IMG/VR virus record: IMGVR_UViG_3300031665_000002
Span: 981-64,980 of that record
DNA from: a virus
Taxonomy: Duplodnaviria > Caudoviricetes
Direction: 5' to 3' (one strand)
DNA length: 64,000 nt
Part shown: positions 45,832-53,444 of the stretch, piece after piece
Layout: each line of letters starts with the position of its first letter
Position numbering within the stretch: position 1 is the first letter of the stretch
Position numbers and translations under genes: made by a program
The notes under the pieces: generated by a model
What the model was told of the DNA's origin: nothing
What the model saw: only the letters and a program-made list of their open reading frames with translations
The model's database searches: none

Positions 45832-46424
45832 AGCTTAGCGAACAAGCCCTTGCAACGAACAACGGCGGGCGCAAAAAGCCCGCCGCCAAGCGTTCGCGGC
45901 GCAAGACGGGCGAACCGCTTTCTTGCCCGTCTTGCGGTGCACTGGTGGACGCCACACCCGACGACGGCGGCCCACACGCAAGGAATACGGCGCATCACCG
46001 CAAGTTTTTTGCCGAAGTTGCCGCCGTAACGGACAATTGGAAAAACACAGAAATATTCGACCCAGCAGGGGACTACAACGCCATGCGCGGCTGGCTACTC
46101 ACGGAAGCCGGGCACTGTGATATCGCGGACGTGCGGCTGTCCGTCGAAGATGCGCGCAATCCCGACCGCCTCACGGAATTTATGAGCGCCGCCATGGCAG
46201 CCATTGTGCAATCAAAGCTCTACGGGCGCATTGCCGAGAGAAGCGGGTTTTTCTGCGTTCTGATCGCGCGATCTATCGCATATCAGAATTGCGGGGAAGT
46301 TGAGTTTCGCCGCATTCATGCTCGCGTTCAAGACGTGCTAGAACGCGAAGGATTCGACATTGAGGCCCTGGAGCGCGAGGCGCGCGCGGCGTCGGTCAGG
46401 AGAAAAGAACGATGCGGAGAATAA
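45828..46424 (+). CDS. NinB/DUF1367-like protein
   Basis: RN..HHRKFFA...SIAY.N..E.EF motif. Confidence 0.6.
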   Translation: MKLSEQALATNNGGRKKPAAKRSRRKTGEPLSCPSCGALVDATPDDGGPHARNTAHHRKFFAEVAAVTDNWKNTEIFDPAGDYNAMRGWLLTEAGHCDIADVRLSVEDARNPDRLTEFMSAAMAAIVQSKLYGRIAERSGFFCVLIARSIAYQNCGEVEFRRIHARVQDVLEREGFDIEALEREARAASVRRKERCGE

Positions 46425-46636
46425 GCGTTGCGCGCCATTGGCGCAAAAATCTTGAGGTTTCAACAGCAACAGCCCTTATGGGGCTGGCCGGAATCGTTGC
46501 AACCGCTATCTTCTTTCCGTGCGTGTTCGCCCTCATGATTGCGTTCGCGTGTGGCTGGGGGGTTGGACTTTTCCACGGAGTCAAAAGTGAAATTGATAGG
46601 AAATTCAATGAGCCGCAAAACCCCGACTCTTTCTGA
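46412..46636 (+). CDS. Membrane hypothetical protein
   Basis: 74 aa, hydrophobic core. Confidence 0.5.
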   Translation: MRRISVARHWRKNLEVSTATALMGLAGIVATAIFFPCVFALMIAFACGWGVGLFHGVKSEIDRKFNEPQNPDSF

Positions 46637-47228
46637 AAAGCTCGCCGCCGCCCTCCTGGAGTTGCAGCGCCTACGCGGCGACCCCATCGACCGCGAGCAT
46701 GCAAAGCTCATGAGCGCCGAACAGATTTGCAGCTTGTTTCAGTACGATCACGCCGCAGGTTACGCTTGCCACGGGGCAGACAACCACCCAACGAAGCTAA
46801 CGCCCCTGCTGATCGCCGATCACCGCGAGAAAACAAGGGCGGATATACCCGCCATCGCAAAGGGAAAGCGCATCAGAAAACGGCACGCTGCTTTCGAGGC
46901 GCGTATGAGGGTTAAAGAATTTGGAATTTCAGCCGAAACGCTAGCAGAGAACATACGGCGCTTTGCAGCGGCAGGCGTAACCGCCGATGAATTCGAAAGA
47001 AACATTAGACAAGCTTCCGAAGCGGCAACAATCACCGGCGAAGAATTCAAGGCACATATCGCCGCATTTAAACGCAAATGCATGGCGAACGGCGGCAACG
47101 GCACGCCAGCCAACAAAGGAAACTGGCCGCAAAGGCGGAAAATTCCTAGCAGCCCATTTCCGAAGGGACACCGCCCCTTGCGGTCAAGATCAACGTTCGA
47201 AAAACGGAGGAAAACCGTTGAGCATTGA
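46608..47228 (+). CDS. HNH-like endonuclease (degenerate)
   Basis: YDH......G.DNHP.KL.PL...DHREKT..D...IAK.KR. Confidence 0.55.
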   Translation: MSRKTPTLSEKLAAALLELQRLRGDPIDREHAKLMSAEQICSLFQYDHAAGYACHGADNHPTKLTPLLIADHREKTRADIPAIAKGKRIRKRHAAFEARMRVKEFGISAETLAENIRRFAAAGVTADEFERNIRQASEAATITGEEFKAHIAAFKRKCMANGGNGTPANKGNWPQRRKIPSSPFPKGHRPLRSRSTFEKRRKTVEH

Positions 47229-47436
47229 GAGAATCGAAGAAACAGACAGGAACGCAAACAAAGGTAATTACCTGATCACTTGCGACACTGTGCATTGCAA
47301 GGCCAGCCTCGACGCCATGAACATGACGTTTATTGAGGCCGTTGCGCTCGCGAAGTCGAAAGGATGGAGCGTTAAGCGCGTTTACAGCACATGGCGGCAT
47401 GATTGCCCACAATGCGCCGCTCGAAGGGAGGGGTGA
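47218..47436 (+). CDS. Small Cys/Zn-binding hypothetical protein
   Basis: TTG start with SD GGAGG; CD..HC...GW......HDCPQC. Confidence 0.55.
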   Translation: MSIERIEETDRNANKGNYLITCDTVHCKASLDAMNMTFIEAVALAKSKGWSVKRVYSTWRHDCPQCAARREG

Positions 47437-47735
47437 TGGACGTTCCAGGAGGAAGCCCGACGATAACCGCAGCGGCAAAGGCTGCGTTTTCGCAATGGGT
47501 GAACCGCAGCAAAAAGGCGGGAACCCCCGCTCCAAATTGGGAAGACATCTCACCAGAAACGCGCGCGTCATGGATTGACGCACAATGGCTCGCCGCCGAA
47601 ATTGTAACGCTAGCGCTCATAACCGATCTGGCGTTATGGGCAGACGAGCAAGGCGACCTTGGCGCGGCCCTCGCCCGCGCTGCATGGCGTTATGCAAGCG
47701 AGGAACTCAACTACGAACCACCAAGCATGGAGTGA
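47436..47735 (+). CDS. Hypothetical protein
   Basis: Start MDVPGG (TGATG overlap). Confidence 0.55.
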   Translation: MDVPGGSPTITAAAKAAFSQWVNRSKKAGTPAPNWEDISPETRASWIDAQWLAAEIVTLALITDLALWADEQGDLGAALARAAWRYASEELNYEPPSME

Positions 47736-47742
47736 CAAACAA

Positions 47743-48207
47743 ATGGCAATTCAACTGTTAGGAAAACCACAAGGCGAAATTCCGCAGCGCCTTCTAAACG
47801 CGTGCATGGAGATTCACATGGGCACGCCAGCAGAAAAAGCGGCAAACGCGGCCTATATGGCCGATGCCCTAGCCAAAGCGCTGACGCGCCACGGCCTAAC
47901 ACTGGCCGTGACAACGGACATTCGCACTGTTTCGCAAGGCTTTGTTTTGCCCGACATCGTACAAGACGAAGGGGGAGCGAACAACAATCAAACCGAAGCG
48001 CAGAGAATTGGCGCGGCGGTATCGCAATTTATGGCGACGGCATCAGAACGAATTGCGGCAGACGGTCTCGTTCTTATGCAGAAGAAGCGCAGACCGGCAA
48101 TCAGCCAAACCCCAGGCGTTGACTTGACGCTTGCACTTTCCGTTTACGCCCCAGGGCTAACGCAACAGCAAGCGATTACTCAGACCAAGGGCAAGGCGAA
48201 GAACTAA
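47743..48207 (+). CDS. Hypothetical protein
   Basis: Start MAIQLL. Confidence 0.55.
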   Translation: MAIQLLGKPQGEIPQRLLNACMEIHMGTPAEKAANAAYMADALAKALTRHGLTLAVTTDIRTVSQGFVLPDIVQDEGGANNNQTEAQRIGAAVSQFMATASERIAADGLVLMQKKRRPAISQTPGVDLTLALSVYAPGLTQQQAITQTKGKAKN

Positions 48208-48241
48208 CCGAAAAACACGGGGTAACTCATGTGGGGTAAAC

Positions 48242-48568
48242 ATGGACATAGACCGCGCGCGAGAAATAGCGCCAACATTTTTTGCCATCATCGACGCCGC
48301 CGCGCACATCCAGAAAGAGTTAGAGCAAAGGAATTGCGCATCAGGAGTGCGCATTGCAGTCTCTGAGGCAACGTTTGCCCTGCTTATCCGGCAAATGGCA
48401 AACGTTGATAGCGTCATATTAAAAGCCTACACACCAGGAATCATAAGCAGGGCCGAGGGATCTCTTAGAGAGATTCCAATTCTCGGGAATTGCCAAATTT
48501 TTTGCAGATCAAGGGAAACCCATGTCTATGACTTCCGAGACAACTTGAAGGGGAAAAAGAATGTCTGA
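48242..48568 (+). CDS. Hypothetical protein
   Basis: 108 aa. Confidence 0.5.
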   Translation: MDIDRAREIAPTFFAIIDAAAHIQKELEQRNCASGVRIAVSEATFALLIRQMANVDSVILKAYTPGIISRAEGSLREIPILGNCQIFCRSRETHVYDFRDNLKGKKNV

Positions 48569-48764
48569 ATTTAACAACCTGACGCCAGAACAGAAAACCG
48601 CAGTCGGAACCGCAATCAGGGCGGCAAAGGAGAGGCAAGAAAGGGTTTCCGTTACCACAACAAGCGGTGATGAAGTGTATGCATCCCCTAACGCGGGGAA
48701 ATATGCATGGGGCGTCAATTCTGGCGAAACTGGATGCAACATTGCGCGCGGGATATCACCTTAA
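48561..48764 (+). CDS. Hypothetical protein
   Basis: 67 aa. Confidence 0.55.
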   Translation: MSEFNNLTPEQKTAVGTAIRAAKERQERVSVTTTSGDEVYASPNAGKYAWGVNSGETGCNIARGISP

Positions 48765-48878
48765 GTAAAGGCGTTATTAACACGTCAAAGATAGCCCTTG
48801 CTAGGCCACATGTTATTGATAGCCTCGGAAACAGCGCTGACGATTCGGCGCTGTTTCAACATTTGAGGGAACAACATT

Positions 48879-49508
48879 ATGAAAGCTTTAGCACGTAGCG
48901 CCACGGCGCTTGCCTTTCTGCTGGTGACGCTGCTTTTAGGCGCAAGCGCGCTGACTTCTAAAGCCGTCAATGCCGCAGATATCCTAAACCGCATCGACAA
49001 CGCAGGAACGCTGCAACTCAGCTCCGCGCCAAAATCGCTTGGCGCTGGCCCATATGTCGGGCTGGGCATCGGAACCGATATCCACGCCGTTGATGCTGGC
49101 GTTGAGGTTGATGCAAGCATTGACGGGGCAATGTTCACAGGCCGTCTGGGCTATGACATCGCCTTGCGCAAGCATCTCCTGCTTGGCGCTTTTGGCGACG
49201 TGAATTATTCAACGGCTGGCGCTGGCGACGTTGACGCCGATTACTCATACCAGCTTGGCGGGCGCGCTGGATTGCGTCTTGGCGGCACCTTGCTCTATGG
49301 CATGGGCGGCTATGCCTGGAACGATTTTAGCGGCGTTGACTACCAGCCAACCGGATACTTTGCTGGCGGTGGCTTGCAAACCGATTTGGGCGACGGCTTT
49401 TCGCTGGCAATCGAAGGCCAGCGCGAATGGTCAGAAGACGGTGTAGGAGGCGAGGACGTTGAACAGACCGCCGACCGTATCCGGCTCATGCTTCTGAAAA
49501 AGATGTAA
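48879..49508 (+). CDS. Outer-membrane beta-barrel protein (Omp25/RopB/Ail-like)
   Basis: Signal peptide; alternating Gly/aromatic strands (GPYVGLGIG, GRLGYD, GGRAGLRLG.TLLYGMGGYAW, GYFAGGGLQ). Confidence 0.8.
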   Translation: MKALARSATALAFLLVTLLLGASALTSKAVNAADILNRIDNAGTLQLSSAPKSLGAGPYVGLGIGTDIHAVDAGVEVDASIDGAMFTGRLGYDIALRKHLLLGAFGDVNYSTAGAGDVDADYSYQLGGRAGLRLGGTLLYGMGGYAWNDFSGVDYQPTGYFAGGGLQTDLGDGFSLAIEGQREWSEDGVGGEDVEQTADRIRLMLLKKM

Positions 49509-49533
49509 GCCGCACAAGTTAACCGAAAACACA

Positions 49534-49565
49534 GAAAGGCCGCAGTAGTGATACTGCGGCCTTTC
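49534..49565 (+). terminator. Strong hairpin/terminator after the OMP gene
   Basis: GAAAGGCCGCAGTA-GTGA-TACTGCGGCCTTTC, a 14-bp perfect stem. Confidence 0.65.
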
Positions 49566-49729
49566 ATGTTGGCTAATGGCGCAAAACCCCGCTCGCCATC
49601 TTGTGACCCCGCGCCAACCGGAAGACATTAGCAGCGCTTGCGAAAAATGTCTGCGTCATCTTGGCAACAAGCATCTGGATAACGTCAATTAATACGGCTT
49701 GGCTGCAACGAATCTGGCATTTTTGCGAG

Positions 49730-50122
49730 ATGAAAAAGCAAACCGAAACAGACCCAGAAAACATGCTGCGCGTTCAGCTCCTAGACCTTAAGGAGAATAT
49801 GTGTCGCTGGCCGATTGGCGACCCGCAAAAAAAAGGTTTCTTTTTCTGCGGTCTAAAAAAGGCCGGTACTGGCCCGTATTGTGAACACCACGCGCGGATC
49901 GCTTTTCAGTATGTGCCACGGAGAAAAACAGCCTCATGTCAAAAGCAACAGACAACGACCCATACGAAACCTGCCCAGCATGCGGAGGAAACGCCGCCAC
50001 CTGCAAAACGTGCGGCGGAAACGGCTACACCAGAAAAGAAGAAACCGGCAAGCAGGGCGAAAACAAAAGCCAAAGCAAAGACAAAGCCAAGCGCTAAATC
50101 GAAACCAAAAAAGGCGGCTTAA
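49730..50122 (+). CDS. gcrA: GcrA-like protein (C-terminal Zn domain only, plus Lys-rich tail)
   Basis: LLDLKENMCRWPIGDP....FFFCG......PYCEHHARIAFQ; probable start MKKQTE at 49730. Confidence 0.8.
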   Translation: MKKQTETDPENMLRVQLLDLKENMCRWPIGDPQKKGFFFCGLKKAGTGPYCEHHARIAFQYVPRRKTASCQKQQTTTHTKPAQHAEETPPPAKRAAETATPEKKKPASRAKTKAKAKTKPSAKSKPKKAA

Positions 50123-50125
50123 GCA

Positions 50126-50326
50126 ATGACGTGCAAATGTTGCGGTGGCAAAGGTTATGTTGATGATGTTATGGGCGAGCCTCGCCCATGCAGCCGCTGT
50201 TCTGATCCCAGCGAGTTTTCCCGCTGGTACCAGGGAAAGCTTGTTGAACGCGACGTTGCAGACGCTGAACACAGAATGCAGAAGAAGGCTAAAGCGGCTT
50301 CCGACAAGCGGCGTAAGCGTCGATAA
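50126..50326 (+). CDS. Small Zn-finger protein (DnaJ-type CxxCxGxG)
   Basis: CKCCGGKG...CSRC. Confidence 0.6.
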   Translation: MTCKCCGGKGYVDDVMGEPRPCSRCSDPSEFSRWYQGKLVERDVADAEHRMQKKAKAASDKRRKRR

Positions 50327-50582
50327 CGCGACGCCCGGCAGACCTTTTGCGCTCTGAATCAATGCGTAAATCATCAATCCATTTTGCCGCTTGCGAACGA
50401 CGCACAGGCGGTTTAGGCGAAGGAACGCGCCGACGCAATGCAGCAATGGCCGATCTCGACAACGGCGGACACTTCAGCGCCGCAAGATCACTGGCCGGGC
50501 TTGGCGTCGTAACTTCCCCGCAGCCACTCAGCCCAATCATTGCCAAAAACAATAAAGTCATCACTACCTTTAGCCGCGACAT
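50289..50582 (-). CDS. o-spanin (Rz1-like lipoprotein)
   Basis: Lipobox IGLSGC; Pro-rich; overlaps the i-spanin 3' end. Confidence 0.75.
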   Translation of the reverse strand: MSRLKVVMTLLFLAMIGLSGCGEVTTPSPASDLAALKCPPLSRSAIAALRRRVPSPKPPVRRSQAAKWIDDLRIDSERKRSAGRRVIDAYAACRKPL

Positions 50583-50829
50583 CGCGCACCCCCGCAAGTT
50601 TTTGCTCCAAGGCGGTAACCTCAGCTTCCGCCTGTTCCGCCCGATCCGTAAGTTCCTGCTGTGTCTTGGCCGCGCGCCGTGCCGCCGCCTCAACGGCGAT
50701 GCGCCTTTGCGCTTCGACCCTCACCGCAACCTCAGCGGCGCCAATCCCTTTAACTCCCTGGAAAACCCCCCAGAGGACGCCCAAAAGCACGATTGCAGAT
50801 AACCCCCAGAAAATAACCCTCATCATCAT
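50488..50829 (-). CDS. i-spanin (Rz-like)
   Basis: N-terminal TM plus coiled coil. Confidence 0.75.
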   Translation of the reverse strand: MMMRVIFWGLSAIVLLGVLWGVFQGVKGIGAAEVAVRVEAQRRIAVEAAARRAAKTQQELTDRAEQAEAEVTALEQKLAGVRDVAAKGSDDFIVFGNDWAEWLRGSYDAKPGQ

Positions 50830-51013
50830 CTTAAAGCCCTCGTGTTGTGGTGGGGCGTATCCTTTCCCGCGCCGCGCTAGCATTCGGCATGGTCCGGCAG
50901 TGCACGTGCTAGGCTTTATGTCCCCGTTTCACCGCTGCTACTTTGGTTCTGTCTAGCCAATTGCTGTAAGCGTTTGCAAAGGCGCTTTCGCGCCGCCCCA
51001 TAACCTTTATTTT

Positions 51014-51223
51014 TCACCCCCCTATAACCGCCCGAACGGCGCAATCTTTCGCTTCTAAAAGCTTGCGCAGCGCAACCGTGCGCTCAGGATTGCGCGGCAG
51101 CGATGCAACAAGCGTGTGAGCCAAGGCGTGAAAAGGCGCGGCAACATCTTGCAGATGTTGAGGCAAATGCCCGTGTTCGAAAAACTGCAACAGCCATTCG
51201 CGCTGTGCATCATTCGCGGTCAT
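51014..51223 (-). CDS. Small conserved helical-hairpin phage protein (possible nucleotide-sponge family)
   Basis: LLQFFEHGHLPQHLQDVAAPF...LPRNPERTVALRKLLEAKDCAVRA. Confidence 0.65.
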   Translation of the reverse strand: MTANDAQREWLLQFFEHGHLPQHLQDVAAPFHALAHTLVASLPRNPERTVALRKLLEAKDCAVRAVIGG

Positions 51224-51758
51224 CTTCTCCGCTCTTTTCTGGCGCAATGATCGCCTCGTAAAAATTCGGGACATCGCGCGGCGCAACCTCACCGCTGATA
51301 ATGCCTTCAATCAAATCGCGCAGCTCTTTGTTTTCTTTTTCCGCTCTGTCGGCCAGCCCCTCAGCCGCCCGTGTTACCCCTTCAAGGTCCGCTTCAATCT
51401 GAGTGTCGGCGACAACTTGAGCGATGGCATAACCAACAATCGCCACGCGCGCCGGTTCGAACGGCTCGCCCTGGCGTTTCTTCATCGTCTTTGCAATAAC
51501 TGCAATCGCCTGCTGCGTAGTCTGTAACGCGCATTGCTCCAATATGTCTTGATCGTGCCCGGCGTCCTTCCCCCGGATAATCCACCACGCCGCCGTTGCT
51601 GCAATAAGTGCAAAGAGCCTATCCGTATGAGGTTTGTTTTCCGCCACCCACGCGTTATATGCTTCGCGCTTTTCACGCGGCGTTAAACTGACATCCCAAC
51701 ACCGCCGAACATCGCAAAGCATGCTCTCAAGCTCAATTCCCGGCTCTTCTGTCATCAT
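51210..51758 (-). CDS. Hypothetical protein
   Basis: 182 aa within the lysis module. Confidence 0.6.
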   Translation of the reverse strand: MMTEEPGIELESMLCDVRRCWDVSLTPREKREAYNAWVAENKPHTDRLFALIAATAAWWIIRGKDAGHDQDILEQCALQTTQQAIAVIAKTMKKRQGEPFEPARVAIVGYAIAQVVADTQIEADLEGVTRAAEGLADRAEKENKELRDLIEGIISGEVAPRDVPNFYEAIIAPEKSGEDDRE

Positions 51759-53053
51759 TCCCCCTTCGGCCTAGACCATGTTTCAACGCGCCGCCTGATC
51801 GTATTTCCGTAGCGCAACCACAGCAACAGGCCAACCCCGACCAGCAGAAGCGGGAACATGTTTTCAATGCAGAAATTCGCCACCCCAAGCAGTGACTTAA
51901 ACGCCGTCTGCATAATGCTGGCGTCCTTGCTTAGTTTCGCCGTGGATTCAAAAAGCCCCGCGTCATGCGCAGCTTTTACAACCCCGCCAGCGGCAAGCGC
52001 CGTTGCTGCCACCTTGTCAGTATCAGCCGCCTTGATTTCCGGGTCTCCGTTCTTGCGAAGCCCCGCGACCCCCTCGACCGCCTCGGCGGGCACCGGCCAC
52101 GACTTGGCCTTTGGCGACATCAACAGCGCCAGCGTTTCAGGCAACAGTGCGCCGGTAACTTCAAGGCCGTTCTCTGTCTCGAAATCCTGCACGGCAGAGC
52201 GCATACGCGGACCGTATAGCCCATCTTCAACAAGCCGCTTGTCAGCGTACCCAAGCGCATTTAAACGCACCTGTGCGCCCTTCACAACGTCGCTGTATGG
52301 CATGCCTACGCGATACGTTACCCCGAGCCCCCCCGTATCGTCCGCCACATCGTCGGGCATGTGCGCCAAAGCACGCTTCCACGCCGCAAACCAGGCCCGG
52401 CGGTCATCCCAGCCCACGGGCTTAATGCGGCTGTAAGGCGAGCCGCAATTGATGCCAGCGCAACACCCCCTAAAATTCCCGCTATCAGCAAACGGGTTGA
52501 GGTTTCCCGCGTTTGGATGGCGACACCAAGTCAGCGCCGCAACCGTAACCCAATACTCCGGAACCTCGATAAGATCCGGATTTCTGGCGAACGGAACCCC
52601 CGTTTCGCGCTCAAGGTAGCGATAGTTGTCTTTTCCCGTCGCCTGAAGCGGCCCGCCGCCCCGGTAATTGTAGCCGTCGTCGTCGTTCGTGCCATCATCC
52701 TCATTGCCGAGGCGGTCACCATATGCACCCCTACCGATGCCGACGCGCCAAGCCTGCGTTCCGTATTGCAACCCATTGACGGCAGAGAGCACCTTACCGG
52801 CGCGCACCCTCGACCATACCGCGCGAATGCGTGAAGGCCGGTAATTCATATTTTCGCGGACAATCGTTAAGCCGCCGGTCTCATGGCAGACGTTCGCCAT
52901 AAAGGCGGCGAGCCGTGCCTTGGTGTCGATCCCCCAGGCGGCAAGCTCTTTATTCCCAGCCTCAGACGAAAAAGCCAGCACATAAGCCCTTTTTGGCGTG
53001 CTGTTTGGATTGATAGAGCGGCAAACGCTGTAAATCAGCTCTTCTGTCAGCAT
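51755..53053 (-). CDS. Endolysin: GH19 chitinase-like domain, peptidoglycan-binding domain and C-terminal TM segments
   Basis: RLAAFMANVCHETGG, YNYRGGGPLQATGKDNY, DGLYGP.MRSAV.DF....GL.VTG; start MLTEEL at 53053. Confidence 0.9.
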   Translation of the reverse strand: MLTEELIYSVCRSINPNSTPKRAYVLAFSSEAGNKELAAWGIDTKARLAAFMANVCHETGGLTIVRENMNYRPSRIRAVWSRVRAGKVLSAVNGLQYGTQAWRVGIGRGAYGDRLGNEDDGTNDDDGYNYRGGGPLQATGKDNYRYLERETGVPFARNPDLIEVPEYWVTVAALTWCRHPNAGNLNPFADSGNFRGCCAGINCGSPYSRIKPVGWDDRRAWFAAWKRALAHMPDDVADDTGGLGVTYRVGMPYSDVVKGAQVRLNALGYADKRLVEDGLYGPRMRSAVQDFETENGLEVTGALLPETLALLMSPKAKSWPVPAEAVEGVAGLRKNGDPEIKAADTDKVAATALAAGGVVKAAHDAGLFESTAKLSKDASIMQTAFKSLLGVANFCIENMFPLLLVGVGLLLWLRYGNTIRRRVETWSRPKGE

Positions 53054-53294
53054 GTACAAAACCCCTTTTGGAAGGGCACGCACAACAAAAAAGCCCGAAA
53101 AACACGAAGGCCGTGCAAAGCTAGGCGGGCAGATTGCTTGCGCATGGGGACGCATGGAAAGCAACGCCGCCGCCTAGCTCGCGGGCACTAGAGAGGGTAA
53201 GCTTGCCCCACCCACCGCGAAGCAAGCAGAATCACATTAGGCTGATTCTGTTTGCAAGATCGCTAAAAAATATTCAGATTCTATGTTGCGCAGC

Positions 53295-53444
53295 TTACTG
53301 AACACCGGTAAAATGAACTGGCGCGGCTAGGCTGATCCCCGAACGCCGGAACTCGCCCCGGTTGCCGCGCATCCATTCCTCTGCGAGACGCCAGAGAAGG
53401 CGCAAAAAACACCTCTCAAGATCCCGACAACTTTTTTTTGCCAT
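53295..53444 (-). CDS. Possible small hypothetical protein (49 aa)
   Basis: ATG overlaps the stop of the tail gene (TAATG). Confidence 0.3.
   Translation of the reverse strand: MAKKSCRDLERCFLRLLWRLAEEWMRGNRGEFRRSGISLAAPVHFTGVQ

Noticed and set aside
49518-49541. Eighth copy of the repeat (GTTAACCGAAAACACAGAAAGGCC)
   Set aside because: Matches only the 3' tail of copy 1, with no P1 or P2 stems.
24942-50326. DNA hypermodification or queuosine/7-deazaguanine cluster as in some similar-sized siphoviruses
   Set aside because: No recognisable modification enzymes or phage polymerase; only two conventional methyltransferases.
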